Source: Asterias rubens
Taxonomy: Eukaryota
Reading direction: 5' to 3'
DNA length: 64,000 bases
NCBI RefSeq assembly: GCF_902459465.1
Contig: NC_047062.1
Coordinates: forward strand, 16,244,001 to 16,308,000
Below are positions 49,801 through 61,285 of this stretch, in pieces; positions within the stretch are counted from its first letter, which is position 1; each line of letters starts with the position of its first letter. The notes beneath the pieces are model-generated. The model was given only the letters and a program-made list of their open reading frames with translations. It did no database searches and was not told the DNA's origin. The position numbers were made by a program, and so were the translations under genes.

Positions 49801-52676
49801 CCTGATGGTCAACCAGTGATCCTTGAAGTTGCATATAAAAGCTTTCTCGCGTCTGAGGAAAAAATTGTGATATGTCAACGAAAAATGGAACACTTTCAGC
49901 CTCTTGAAATGACTAGACAATGGCTTGAATCAGCATATCCACTGAATGCCATTTTTTCTTGCATTGTTGGGAAAGTTTCACTTTAAAAGGACAAACCAAG
50001 ATATTAATGCTCACGCTGCTGATGTACAATATTATCATTCAATTGATTGTTTGACATTTTTGAATTACTTGGCAGCTTTTCAAGACAACAAATACTAAAG
50101 AATCTCATCCTCTATGAGTTTGACAAACTTTTGTTGTTTTGTTTCGTCGAACTTGTAGACAGATGACTGTCTTGGGTTTCCTCAAATACTTTAAACCTTT
50201 GCATGGCCGACACTTACTCTGGATGGATATTTGCCTCCACTGCTTCTGTACTACCAAACGGGAGGAGGTCTAGGCTCCAGACTTTCATGGCTCGACCGAT
50301 GACCTGTATTGAGAAATATCCACTGTCATCCATGTTGCTCGACGGTTGCTACGGAAAGAATGAAACACAAAATCCAAGTACTTCTAGAGATAATTTTTCC
50401 GCATGTTACTTCTTAGTGAGCTAGACTATTGTTTCAAGGGTAATGAACATCTTATATGAAAAAGGTCAACATCTATGGACCAAATATCATAACCTTGCTC
50501 AGCAGAAAATGGTGCTTAGCAATATTTTCAGCTAAGCAAAAAGTAGTGGGGAACCAGTCTCAAACAAAACAATACATGATAATTTGGCTGGAAGGTCTGT
50601 TTCTGCTAAGCAAAGTTTTTCTTTGCTAAGCACTCTCTGTAGGATTAACAACTTGAGAAATAATTAATGAAATTGAGACCTGATGTTCAGCTCCATTGAA
50701 AAAAAAAAAGAATTGAAAAATAAAACTTTCAGTGAGCATACAATTTTACCTGGATAAACCTGAGATATTCAGGAGAATTGATGTCTCCTTCGGCCATGGT
50801 TGCTCTCTCAGCTTCATCAAGATCCCTTCCGATGTCTGCCAAGTCCACAGCACTAAAATAAGGACCTATGGTCAATAAAGTTGCCAATACACATAACTGT
50901 CAGTTAAACAAATTGTTCTTTAAATCATTAGTATTGCATTCATTAATCTCTGGCAAGCTTTGAAAACTTAATCTCAATGCAGTAGTGACATGTGCAGTTT
51001 ATGTTACAATAAATTAAATGACATTAAAGGGAAGGTACACATTTGGTAATTGTCACAGACTCACTTGGTGTGTCCCAACATAAACATAAAGTAACAAGCA
51101 TGAAACATTGAGCTAAATTGGTCATCGAAGTTGCGAGAAAATTATGAGAGAAAAAATACCCTTGTTGGACGAATTTGTGTGCTTTCAGATAGGAATAAAA
51201 GACTTCTGGCTAGAAGTCTTTTATTATTTTAGTGAGAAATTACATTTTTCTCAAAATCTACGCTACTTCAGAGGGAGCCGTTTCTCACAATGTTTTATGC
51301 TATCAACAGCTCTCCAATGCTCGTTACCAAGTCAGTTCTTAAGTTAATATTTGTTTTTAGTAATTACCAAACGTGTACCTTCCCTTTAACTAAATAACAA
51401 GAACAATACTTGTCTAAAAAAAAACCTTGACAGTGACCGATTTCAGTTCTTGACATAAACTTGGTTTAAATCCCTGCCTGGCCAGTTATGGCAATCACTA
51501 ATATATAAATGTTGCTTTGTCTTTTGAAATTAATGTTAAGCTAATTAATGGTGATGTGTTTTTACAGGCAATGTCATCCATTTGTGTTTTGATAATAGTA
51601 ATTTATTCACGTAAATTTTTGTTTTATGTGATGATGAGGCCATGTGTGAATTAGCTGCTACAGCTACTGCTACATTTGTGCGTCATCATGCGCTGAAGTA
51701 TAGAACGACGTCCTTCGGATGTGACCTGATATCAACAATACTGACCTTGAAGAAGTGAGTTCAGGCAGTGCTGGGCACAGAGTGAGCCCTCTTGCTGTGG
51801 AAAACAAACAATGACACAATAACAATAGATTCAGGACAGTTATACCATGGACTCAGGAGGTAGTTTTTAGTTTTAAGCTTTAAATAAAAAAAAAACTTTT
51901 TATTTGTTGGTACACAAGATCGAGTCAGGTCAGGAATAGGTGGCTTGAAACAGGAGGACTTTTTAAAGGCAGTGGACACTATTTGTAGTTACTCAAAATA
52001 ATTATTAGCATAAAACCTTTCTTGGTGACAAGTAATGGGGGAGAGGTTGGTGGTATAAAACATTGTGAGAAACAGCTCCCTCTGAAGTGCCACAGTTTTG
52101 GAGAAAGAAGTAATTTTCCACGAATTTGATTTTGAGACCTCAAGTTAAACGCACACAACTTTGTGTGCAAGGGTGTTTTCTTCTTTCATTATTATCTCGC
52201 AACTTTGATGACCGATTGAGCTCAAATTTTCACAGGTTTGTTATTTTATGCATATGTTGAGATGCACCAACTGTTAAGGCTAGTCTTTGACAATTACCAA
52301 TAGTGTCCACCGCCTTTAACATGTTGTCAACGACATGTGATTCAGATCATTTAACATTTCTAAAATAACACCACAGGGGCTCACCGGCCAGGGGCTCGCA
52401 TCTGTGGTGTTATTTTTGTTTTCATCAATCCCCACACTGCACCACCACACACAAACAAACAAAAACAAACGAAACCTTTTCCCACTGAATCGACTCAGTT
52501 CAGTCGTTCAGTTTAGAGTAGAACGTTGTATGGAAATCAAATAAGGTAAATTAATCTTTCAGTCACTGCTTATACTTTCTTAAGTAATTTAGTGATATGT
52601 CTCAAACATACACGGAAATAGAAAGTAAAAATTATATTGCATTTTTACTCACTCGTTCATGAAAAATTGCATCCAT
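46879..52676 (-). CDS. ATXN3: Ataxin-3 (Josephin deubiquitinase), 8 exons, about 398 aa
   Basis: Exons 52676-52653, 51794-51746, 50865-50750, 50348-50218, 49852-49698, 48955-48635, 47760-47685, 47203-46879. Motifs MDAIFHERQEGSLCAQHCLN, NMDDSGYFSIQV, HWLTIRK..WFNLNS (Cys/His/Asn triad intact), two degenerate UIMs, VCP-binding LRRKR and a third UIM MTEEAMLEIAIQMSL. Confidence 0.96.
49140..49318 (-). mobile_element. tRNA-derived SINE with a V-SINE-like core
   Basis: The minus strand reads ggctcagtgg...ggttagaatccc...gcgtgggttttcccc...ttccctcccac. Confidence 0.55.
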
Positions 52677-53261
52677 GTTGATCTGGAAGACGCCCTCATG
52701 TGATTTATTTAGATTTATCCTGGTGGACTTGATGATTAAGTGACAGGTAAGTTGCAAGTATTTGAGTACATATAAGATAAATAAAGATCAATTAATAAGT
52801 AACTGTAATGTTTTGAATTTATAAAAAATTGCTCAAAATATAACAAAAATAAACAAATGAGTTATTTTTTAAATAAATGATAAAACAAACAATGCATTGC
52901 CAAATGCTTGGATATTTTCTCCCTTCAAATTAAATGGAATAGTCTAGCCCCTGGCGTGGGCTTTTTGCGACCCCGATTGTTATGCAAATAGTATGTGTGA
53001 AAAGGACTCCAGACAAGCAAGTGTCATTTAATTTCTAACCCCTGACCGTAATCCTAAACCAATGAGATTACGCTTTTGATAATAGCGGACCAATGAAAAG
53101 CTCTGTTGTTGGGGGTATATTCGAACTAAACATAGGCTATGCTCCTTCGTGTGTGCATGCCACGCATAGTTTGGCTTGTTCTTCGTCGTATTCTTTCAGT
53201 GGTAATTTGTGACAAGTAAGAATAAAGTCTGTTTGCTGTAGACCGTGGAAGCTCCTTCAAA
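52677..53261. promoter_or_regulatory. Shared bidirectional promoter region of ATXN3 and NEK2
   Basis: ATGs are 586 bp apart, head-to-head. CCAAT boxes at 53059 and 53090, CHR-variant TTCGAA at 53120-53125, octamer-like ATGCAAAT at about 52982. Confidence 0.6.
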
Positions 53262-56200
53262 ATGCCGACTAAAATCAGTGATTACGAAGTAATCTGCACC
53301 ATAGGATCGGGTTCGTATGGGAAATGCAAGAAGATTAGAAGAAAAAATGATGGAAAGGTTTGTGTTTTCTTTTTTGCATTTCTAATTATATTTTCCGTTT
53401 TCATTTCTCGAGTCGTCGAAGGACGAGAGGTGAGGATAACTTTCCGTATGGCGGCACCACTTTTTCACTCATTTTTACGAAAAGGGATATATCAATCAGG
53501 TAAATTAGATACTATATTATTTTATTTCGAATGAAAAAGTGGTGGCGCCATACGGAAACTTTTCCGCAATTCCATTAAAAATTGAAAGGAGAAAAGGGTT
53601 CGGACTACACTATGTAATGTTTGAACTTTGGTTAAGTTGCGACCGTCGGGAGGATGGAGGGTTCTGTTAGTGTTACGATCATCGCAAAACTAGGACTAAA
53701 TTGTTTAAGTAGAGGATAAGTGCTGATCTATCCTGATATAGGCCCATTCTGAAATAGTTGTGATATTCTTTTAATTTAAAGGAGCACGTTGCCTTGGATC
53801 GGTCGAGTTGGTCTTTGAAAAGTGTTCTGTAACCGTTTGTTATAAAATGCATATGGGTAGAAAGATGTTGTAAAAGTAAAATACAATAATCTACACAAAT
53901 ATGCCTGGAAATTGCGTGGTTTTCTTTTTACCTTGCAGACTAACACAGTCAGCCATTTATGGGAGTCTAACATTGTTGACTCCCATAAATGGCTGACCGT
54001 GTTAGTTTGCGACGTAAAAGGAAAACCGTGCAATTTTCAGTGATAATTGTGTGGATCATTATATTCTACTTTTAAAACATCTTTCCAACCATATGCATTT
54101 TATAACAAACGGTTACAAACGCTTTTTATAGACCAACTGGTCCGATCCAAGGCAACGTATTCCTTTAACCATTCAGGAGGATTGTAGATGTATGGTTATG
54201 ATTAAAAGTTGCAATTCTAAACTAGCTAATAATTTTAGTAAACCCTAGAGATAGGCCTATTTAATAATAAATTATGTTATTGTTTATATTTAAAGTTTAA
54301 TTTGGTAGTAACATGACAGGTAAACCGGCATTCTAAAGTAAAGCAAAGACAACTGACTGACTTGCCAAAAATGTGATGGTTTTGCCATTTGTATACATGT
54401 TGGGATTCACCAAAGTACCAAAAGTATACAATTTGTTTGAAGCAAGCAATAATTTAAAGCACTTTTTTGTTTGCATTAGCAAGGAAGCAGGCCTGTTTTG
54501 ATTAACATCCACTTGTTTCTATACATGTACACGTAATGTACCACACAGATCCTAGCCTGGAAGGAGATCGACTATGGCAGCATGTCGGAAACGGAGAAAC
54601 AGATGCTGGTTTCTGAGGTGAATCTACTCCGAGAGCTTCGCCATGAGTTCATTGTCCGCTACTACGACCGCATCGTTGATCGGAACTCTACCACTATCTA
54701 TATCATTATGGAATACTGTGAAGGTGGGGACCTGGGAAGTCTCATCTCACGATGCAGAAGAGACAGGTACTTTATTAAAACAACTTCCTTGCTGAAATTC
54801 TTCCTCCACGTTTCTCCCAAGTCTTAGGGTACATAATGTTGCGCATCTAATCCAACTCTGTACATTACACGTGTCCAGCTTGGCACCAGTTTACTTAAAC
54901 TGACCGGTGGTGGCACGTGGCAGAGTTTTAAGTATTTACAGCTTGATTTTTTCAGAGTAATAGCAATCAAATGCCCTCATATTGGTTCGCTCAGTATCCA
55001 TTACATTATATTTTTTCATCTCATTTTCACTAATTATTTTCTTGACCTGTTCTTGACTTAAATAATTGTACTTTGTTAATTATTCTCCCTTTTTCACCAA
55101 TATGGAAATAGATGTTGATTTGATTGAATTGAATAGTTATCATTGATTCAACAGGCATCCTGGCCCACTGAGCATGTATAATGCCACATATTGACATACC
55201 AGCCTTTTGAACATACTGGTCAGTGGCGGCATGTATTGGATACGCCTTTGACCCACTGAATGTGTGAATGACATAAATGCTGTGTGTACACACCTGCTCA
55301 AATGCGTTCTAGTAGTCAGTCTGGTAGTTATGGCACCGTGTGCAATGCTAGGTATCTTTACTGAAACCATCCTGCTTGTAAGAGTGGTTTCTGCCTTTAT
55401 CCCTGTCAAGGTACCATCTTCAGTAAAAAGTGTTGCCAACATAGTGCTCAGAGTTCTTGATGTTCACTTCCAACTCAATACAAGTTTTACCAAACTACAA
55501 GTTAAAGTAAAAGCTCATTATTGATTGTCATTTCCACAGGAAATACCTGGAAGAAGACTTCGCCTGGAAGATCCTTCGCCAGATCACATTGGCTCTGCAC
55601 GAATGTCAACAGCGGGTTAAAGGGAGTGCTGTCCTTCATCGTGATCTTAAACCTGCCAACGTCTTCCTGGACACAACTCACAATGTCAAACTCGGCGATT
55701 TTGGCCTGGCCAGGGTACTTCAACATGACACAAGCTTTGCCAAGACATTTGTTGGGACACCATACTACATGTCACCTGTAAGTCTCCTCTTTGGTTTGGA
55801 ATAACAATTCTTAACACTCTGAAAATGGGAGGCTCCCAACAGTTGTAACTCAAGTCTTCAGTTTTGAAGGTCTTGCATTAGTCCTATTTTGATGCAGCGA
55901 TTGAAAACAGTTCAATATTGAGACAAGACTTTTTTAATTAGCCTAATCCACTAAGCTCCCCCCCCCCCCCCTCAACAATCACAACTACTAATGCGCACCT
56001 AAAAATCTGGCTCATTGAATTCCCATGACAACATATGGACGATGCCACCATTTAGATGTGAATTGCTAAATCTTGCCTTTAGTTTGTGGCATGATGCAGA
56101 AAGATCCTTGTCGGTGCATTTGATAGACCAGTTGAGTTTCTACTAAGGTGAAGTGATTGATTGGTCTGCAATGTAATTAATTAATGCTATGACCTAGCTT

Positions 56201-59200
56201 GCCTTATTTATTCATTATGAATAGGTCTTGGATTTCACAAAGTGCTAAGGTTGATTTTAAACCATCAATCCATCAATCACATCACTATGGCCACATTGAC
56301 AAATCACACAAGATGATATTGTTTCTTTTAAATAATCAAGACCTTTTGATATAGTTTGTGTACAAACAAGATTTCAATAATCAGCTTTCAATTCAAATAC
56401 TACTACGAAATGTTATTTGAGACATCCCAAGTCGTGTTGCAGTTTACTTTCATGCCATAATTTTACTTCCTCAATTTTCTAAATTGTTTTTTTTTTTCAG
56501 GAGCAAATGAACCATTGTTCCTACAATGAAAAGTCTGACATGTGGTCACTTGGTTGCCTTATATATGAGCTTTGTTCATTGAGGTGAGTTCAAATAGAAG
56601 TTTAAGTGTTTTTTGTGCGATATTTGTTTGTAGTGATTGCCGTAAAACAATGTCAGATTAACCAAAGTAATGTCAAAAGTGCTTGTCTTTTTGTTGTTTA
56701 GAAATGTTGGTACTTGCTCATACAAATTCATTGAAACCTACAATTTGTTTTTGTGTCGCACCTTTTGCATCTAGCAAGTGAGTTTCAAACTAATAGATTT
56801 TGTCCATCATATTTTCAGCCCGCCATTTACAGCCATCAACCAGCAGAACTTGGCACTCAAGATCAAGGAAGGCAAATTCCGTCCATTGCCATCTCAATAC
56901 TCATCAGAACTCAACGAGCTCATCTCAAAAATGCTGAAAACTAATGTGAGTATTAAATTGCATAATCATCCTCTTGCCGTCGCATTACTCTGTATCAAGT
57001 TTCAACGGATTGGGTATGCAAAAAGTTATTTAATGAGAAAGGTAGCGATGTAAACAATATGAAGCCTGCACTAGGACCCAATTTCATAATGCTGCTTCTG
57101 CACAAAGAGCATATAAGCCCAACAAATTTATGCTTACCAGAATAAGATTATCAGCCTCTATAAAATTGGGCCAAAATGTTCACATTTTAATTGCATAAAA
57201 TTAGGTTCCAGGGAATAGCATGTTTTTAATGAAGGAAATTCTCTCATAAACTTGTAAAAATATAATGGCATTTATGAATTTGTTTGTTTACAATATTGCT
57301 AGGCCGTTCTGAGACCATCTATTGATGACATCCTGAAACATCCAAGAATTGTAGTGCAATGTGTTCCAAAGAAAGAGCCTCAGCCGAGCCAGTCCGGTGA
57401 TAATTCTTCAAAGAAAACACAGGAGCTACTCGAGGCTGTTGAAAAACGAGAAGAAGCGATGAAGAAACGCGAGGAAGCCTTGAAGAAGAGAGAAGAGTAC
57501 TTGAGACGGAGAGAGGACCACCTCGAGGAGAGATCCAGGATGCTGGACAACAGGGATAAGAGGATGGCTACCAGGGAGAAACTGGCTGACGAAAAACTGA
57601 CAAGGTTGGCACTTTACTTTTCAACTTGGGTGCGATACAGAAAGCGCTTGCATTGTCTTGCTACATTGCAGGAGATGACAATGAATTCTCGGTGCTGAAA
57701 TCCACCAAAATGAAGATCTGTTTGTTTTTCTACCTCAGGGCGGAGACGATGCTCAGCCAGTACCAGTTGACAAGACTGAATCTTAACGATAGAGTGAAGG
57801 AGCTGCGCACAGAGAAAGGTAAATGTTCGGGTGTCCGTCAGTTGACTGTCCCCGATTATTCATCCATGGCTCATGAGGAGTTGCGGAAATGGAGAAAACC
57901 CATCCCTCCGGTGTGTCACAAACCTCCGGTAGCTCCATAACGTTTTTTGATCAAGGGTTGTCTGTTAGTTTTGCATATTTGTGTATGTAGACTCCATACA
58001 GTTACAACCCTATATTCCGACAACCCTAGTGTTCGGAACATAGATAGGGTTATCAAAACATAGGGATGTCAGAATATAGTGATCAACATTCCATATTATT
58101 GAATCATGATGGAGACAAATATAATTTAAAAAAAATTGGAGTACATGTGCTAGATAGTAAACAAAAAGTACTGTAGGGGTAATACAAAAATTGTTTGTAT
58201 TTTTCTTTTAACTAATTTGCTCAAATCGATATCAAATAATTGATTTGAAAAAATAAGTAAAAATCACTCCTTTTAAAGGTTGTAAGATACTTTATATTTT
58301 GTTTAATACTTGTTCAAACAGACCAAAAATATGGCCTTTGTTAGTAAAAGTAACTCTAGTCAAGTAACTGGTTGGTACATTTGTGTGATGTTGTCTGTAA
58401 AAATCATGTACGTGTATTGCAATACCGACTATGCAAAACCATCATTTTTGATAAAAGTGCAGCCATTTGTTTATTATTTATTTATTTGGTAAATTTAACC
58501 CAAAATCTTTATGAAATATTAGTTATAGTAAATCTTAATATATATATTAGAAGAGTATTTAACACTATTTTTGTACCAGGAAAATAAGTATGTTCATTTA
58601 AATGTGCCAAATTATTGCTGATCCATTCAAAATTCCCATGGAACCAATTTGTTTATATTGTAATGCGAGAAAAACCTTGTTAACTTTGTTGTACACATGT
58701 TTGATAAAATCCACTTATAACAAAAAATAAATGTCATTCCTCCAACTGTGATCAGATTTAATTATATTTAACACGGTTCAGCAATTGAAAGAATCCGTTG
58801 GTAAATTGTTTTTGACAATTTTAAATGTATTGTCAGAAAAATTATTTCTGTACAAATAAATGCATTTCAGGAAAAGTTTAAAGTGCTCTTTCGTCATCTT
58901 TTTTTTAAAGATAGGCTTGTTGCATGTTGGAACAGAAAGATACAGCAAAGATTTCTTCTTTAAAAGTTACCCTAATACCAATATCATAATCATAATAGAC
59001 ACATGAGAAGACATTTATTTTCCCCCGCCTGAATTTTTTTTGAAACTTTAATTAGGTAGTTAACAAATGTTTATTTCTGGATACCTTCCTTAGAGAACCA
59101 CTTGCTTCATTGATTACAGTCGGGTTATCTTTGCGGCTATGAAAGATTTCATGATACAAGATACAACATGTACATATCCAAAATTTGCAGCGACTTAGTA

Positions 59201-59488
59201 AGAGATTAACCAACCTTTTTACATTTTCATCTCTTAGACTTCCATGACGAAATCCACCCTGGCACCACCCCTAAGAGGGTCCACTTTGCTCCTCTTGCCC
59301 CTGGAAAAGAGAACATACCACCGAGGAAGGTCACAGACCCTAACCTTAGAACAGAGAAGCGTGAAGTAGGGAAGACAGCCCAACTGAAGGATAGATTGTA
59401 TAAGGCCAAGATGAGGAGCCTGGCATTACAGAAAGAGGAACAGACAGCAAAGTATAAGAGCAAACTTTTAATGAACATGATGCGTTGA
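53262..59488 (+). CDS. NEK2: NIMA-related kinase 2, 8 exons, about 464 aa
   Basis: Exons 53262-53357, 54549-54766, 55540-55777, 56501-56583, 56819-56945, 57303-57604, 57739-57818, 59238-59488. Kinase motifs GSGSYG, HRDLKPAN, DFG and GTPYYMSPE; coiled coil; C-terminal KRVHF (PP1 docking), KEN box and terminal MR, as in human NEK2A. Confidence 0.97.
53434..53565. mobile_element. 132-bp MITE, GGA(T/A)AA(C/G)TTTCCGTATGGCG TIR family (copies 62587-62718 and degenerate at about 39559-39678)
   Basis: Two copies are each 132 bp; the copy at 62587 has an 8-bp TSD taaatttt and is nested inside a TTAA MITE. Confidence 0.8.
53780..54164. mobile_element. 385-bp foldback (whole-element hairpin) MITE with TTAA TSD in NEK2 intron 1
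   Basis: The arms are reverse-complementary along nearly the whole length around the loop at gggagtc-taacattgtt-gactccc; TTAA at 53776-53779 and 54165-54168. Confidence 0.85.
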
Positions 59489-59602
59489 GTAATTCCGCTT
59501 CTGGACACAGCCGACCAATCTTCCTTGGGGTAGCTTTTGGGGTTGAGTTTTTCCGCTTCTCGACACAGCTCTGCTGACCAATCTTCCTTGGGGTAGCTTT
59601 TG
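59484..59602 (+). repeat. Imperfect tandem duplication of about 56-61 bp spanning the NEK2 stop codon and proximal 3' UTR
   Basis: gttgagt..ttccgcttct.gacacagc..gaccaatcttccttggggtagcttttg occurs twice. Confidence 0.85.
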
Positions 59603-61111
59603 TAAAAAACCAAGAGAGATAGAAATAGAGGAATAGCTTGATTTTTATTGAAGGCTTCTGAAAGTCCAATCATAAGCTGCACTTTTTAGTCAGATGGGGT
59701 GATGTGTTTTCAGCTTTGATTTGTGTGTTGAGTGACCATTTTTAAAGACCATTTCTATTTATTAAAAAAACAATAATGTAAATACACCAAAGTTGTACAT
59801 TTACTATTAAGGTTGTGAATACAGTGTACAAATTTGATCCTTATTAATTTCTGAGAAAATTATTGTGTACATAGAAGACATAATCTTAAAATAAATCAAT
59901 GAGTTTGTACTAAATTTTTACAACTGCACATAACTAAGGTTTTTTACCACCAATCACTGCCTTTATTGCCATTTCAAGGTCAAATTTAAGAACTTAGAAA
60001 CTCCAACTTTATTTTAACACAATACAACTGAAATGTGCTAACATGCAAATCTGCTCAGGTTTGCTTTAATAAATTGTTTTGCATCATAAAAAGAACTTCA
60101 AAATGTTACTGATAATCTACGGGGCCACTCTTGGTTGAACAGTCCAATAAATTCTTTGTAAGAAGGACAAACTTTGTCTTTTGCTCCATAACTGTTGATA
60201 GCACAGCAAATAAATTATCATTGTATCTTAACTATTTCAACAGTTTTTGTGGGAAAAAATTCATTTAAATGTCACATTGGATTCTTGGAAGTTATTGATT
60301 TCCATTTTCAATACAGACATGGTTTATTAAAGTGCAAAAAGAGTCATCAGACGAGAACTACATGTAGTGTTATTCTGTCCCTTGTTTTGATAATGGGTTC
60401 TTTCTGCTGCATCTTGTTGCATTAAATAGTGTTTAACTTTGATTTGAAAAGTTTTTGTTTTTAAACTTGTTTTAATGCACACCTACAACTCTATACATTT
60501 TACAAATAAAAGATTTGTAAATAATATCGCTCTAAACACAAACTGAGATTTTACGGTGTCCCGTGTGTTTGAATTTTGTTGTTTATGTTTTTCTAACAAT
60601 TGATAGCACTGTACATTTTGCTAGCATGTACTTCGATAGTTGGAGGACGTAGATCTTGTAGATGCAATCTGGTACACCGTTATGTTTTTAAAAACCACAG
60701 TTGTGTCTCAAATCCAATTATTTTTATGCCGTAACATCCCCTTCATTTGTAAAAAATTAACATCCCATTGAGCCCATACAGCAAATGAAATAACAAAACA
60801 GTCATGAAGTATTTGTGGCACTTCCTCCGCAGGGCACTGGAATCCATTGCTTTAGTGTCAGAGTTGATGTGGTGATCACTTCATGTCAATGTTCCATTGT
60901 GACGGAAAAAACTAGCATCAATGTTGGTTCACGTCAAACAAATCTTGAGTGGGTCCATAAAATAGATGTAAGGCTTGTGGATTCATGGCTCCATGGTCGA
61001 ATGAACCCCATGACAGTTACTGCGGACCAAAGGACTTGCACCCGGTCATATTCAGAATTTTTACTAGGATCTCAACATCGTTAACTCTTGCTCAGTCAAT
61101 AGTCTCAATAG

Positions 61112-61285
61112 TTAATATGCTTTCCATGGGTCCTCTCCTGCCTTCAGCTCCCGTTTGTACAATTGCGTTCTATTCTTCCATCCACTCAGCCTCCGTGTCT
61201 CTCTTCTGTCAATGTACATACCAACCATTAAAGCTGTTGGCATTACCGACACCCACCAGTACTTCGCAACAAGTTGAAGAACCAT
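61112..61285 (-). CDS. NDUFB1: NADH:ubiquinone oxidoreductase subunit B1 (MNLL), 57 aa, single coding exon
   Basis: MVLQLVAKYWWVSVMPTALMVGMYIDRRETRRLSGWKNRTQLYKRELKAGEDPWKAY* aligns from memory with human ..[35 protein letters not shown]. An acceptor ttttttgttaccag lies just upstream, implying a non-coding first exon. Confidence 0.9.
   Translation of the reverse strand: MVLQLVAKYWWVSVMPTALMVGMYIDRRETRRLSGWKNRTQLYKRELKAGEDPWKAY

Noticed and set aside
55140-55520. Coding-looking block in NEK2 intron 2
   Set aside because: Multiple stops in the most protein-like frame and no recognisable domain; probably decayed retroelement sequence.
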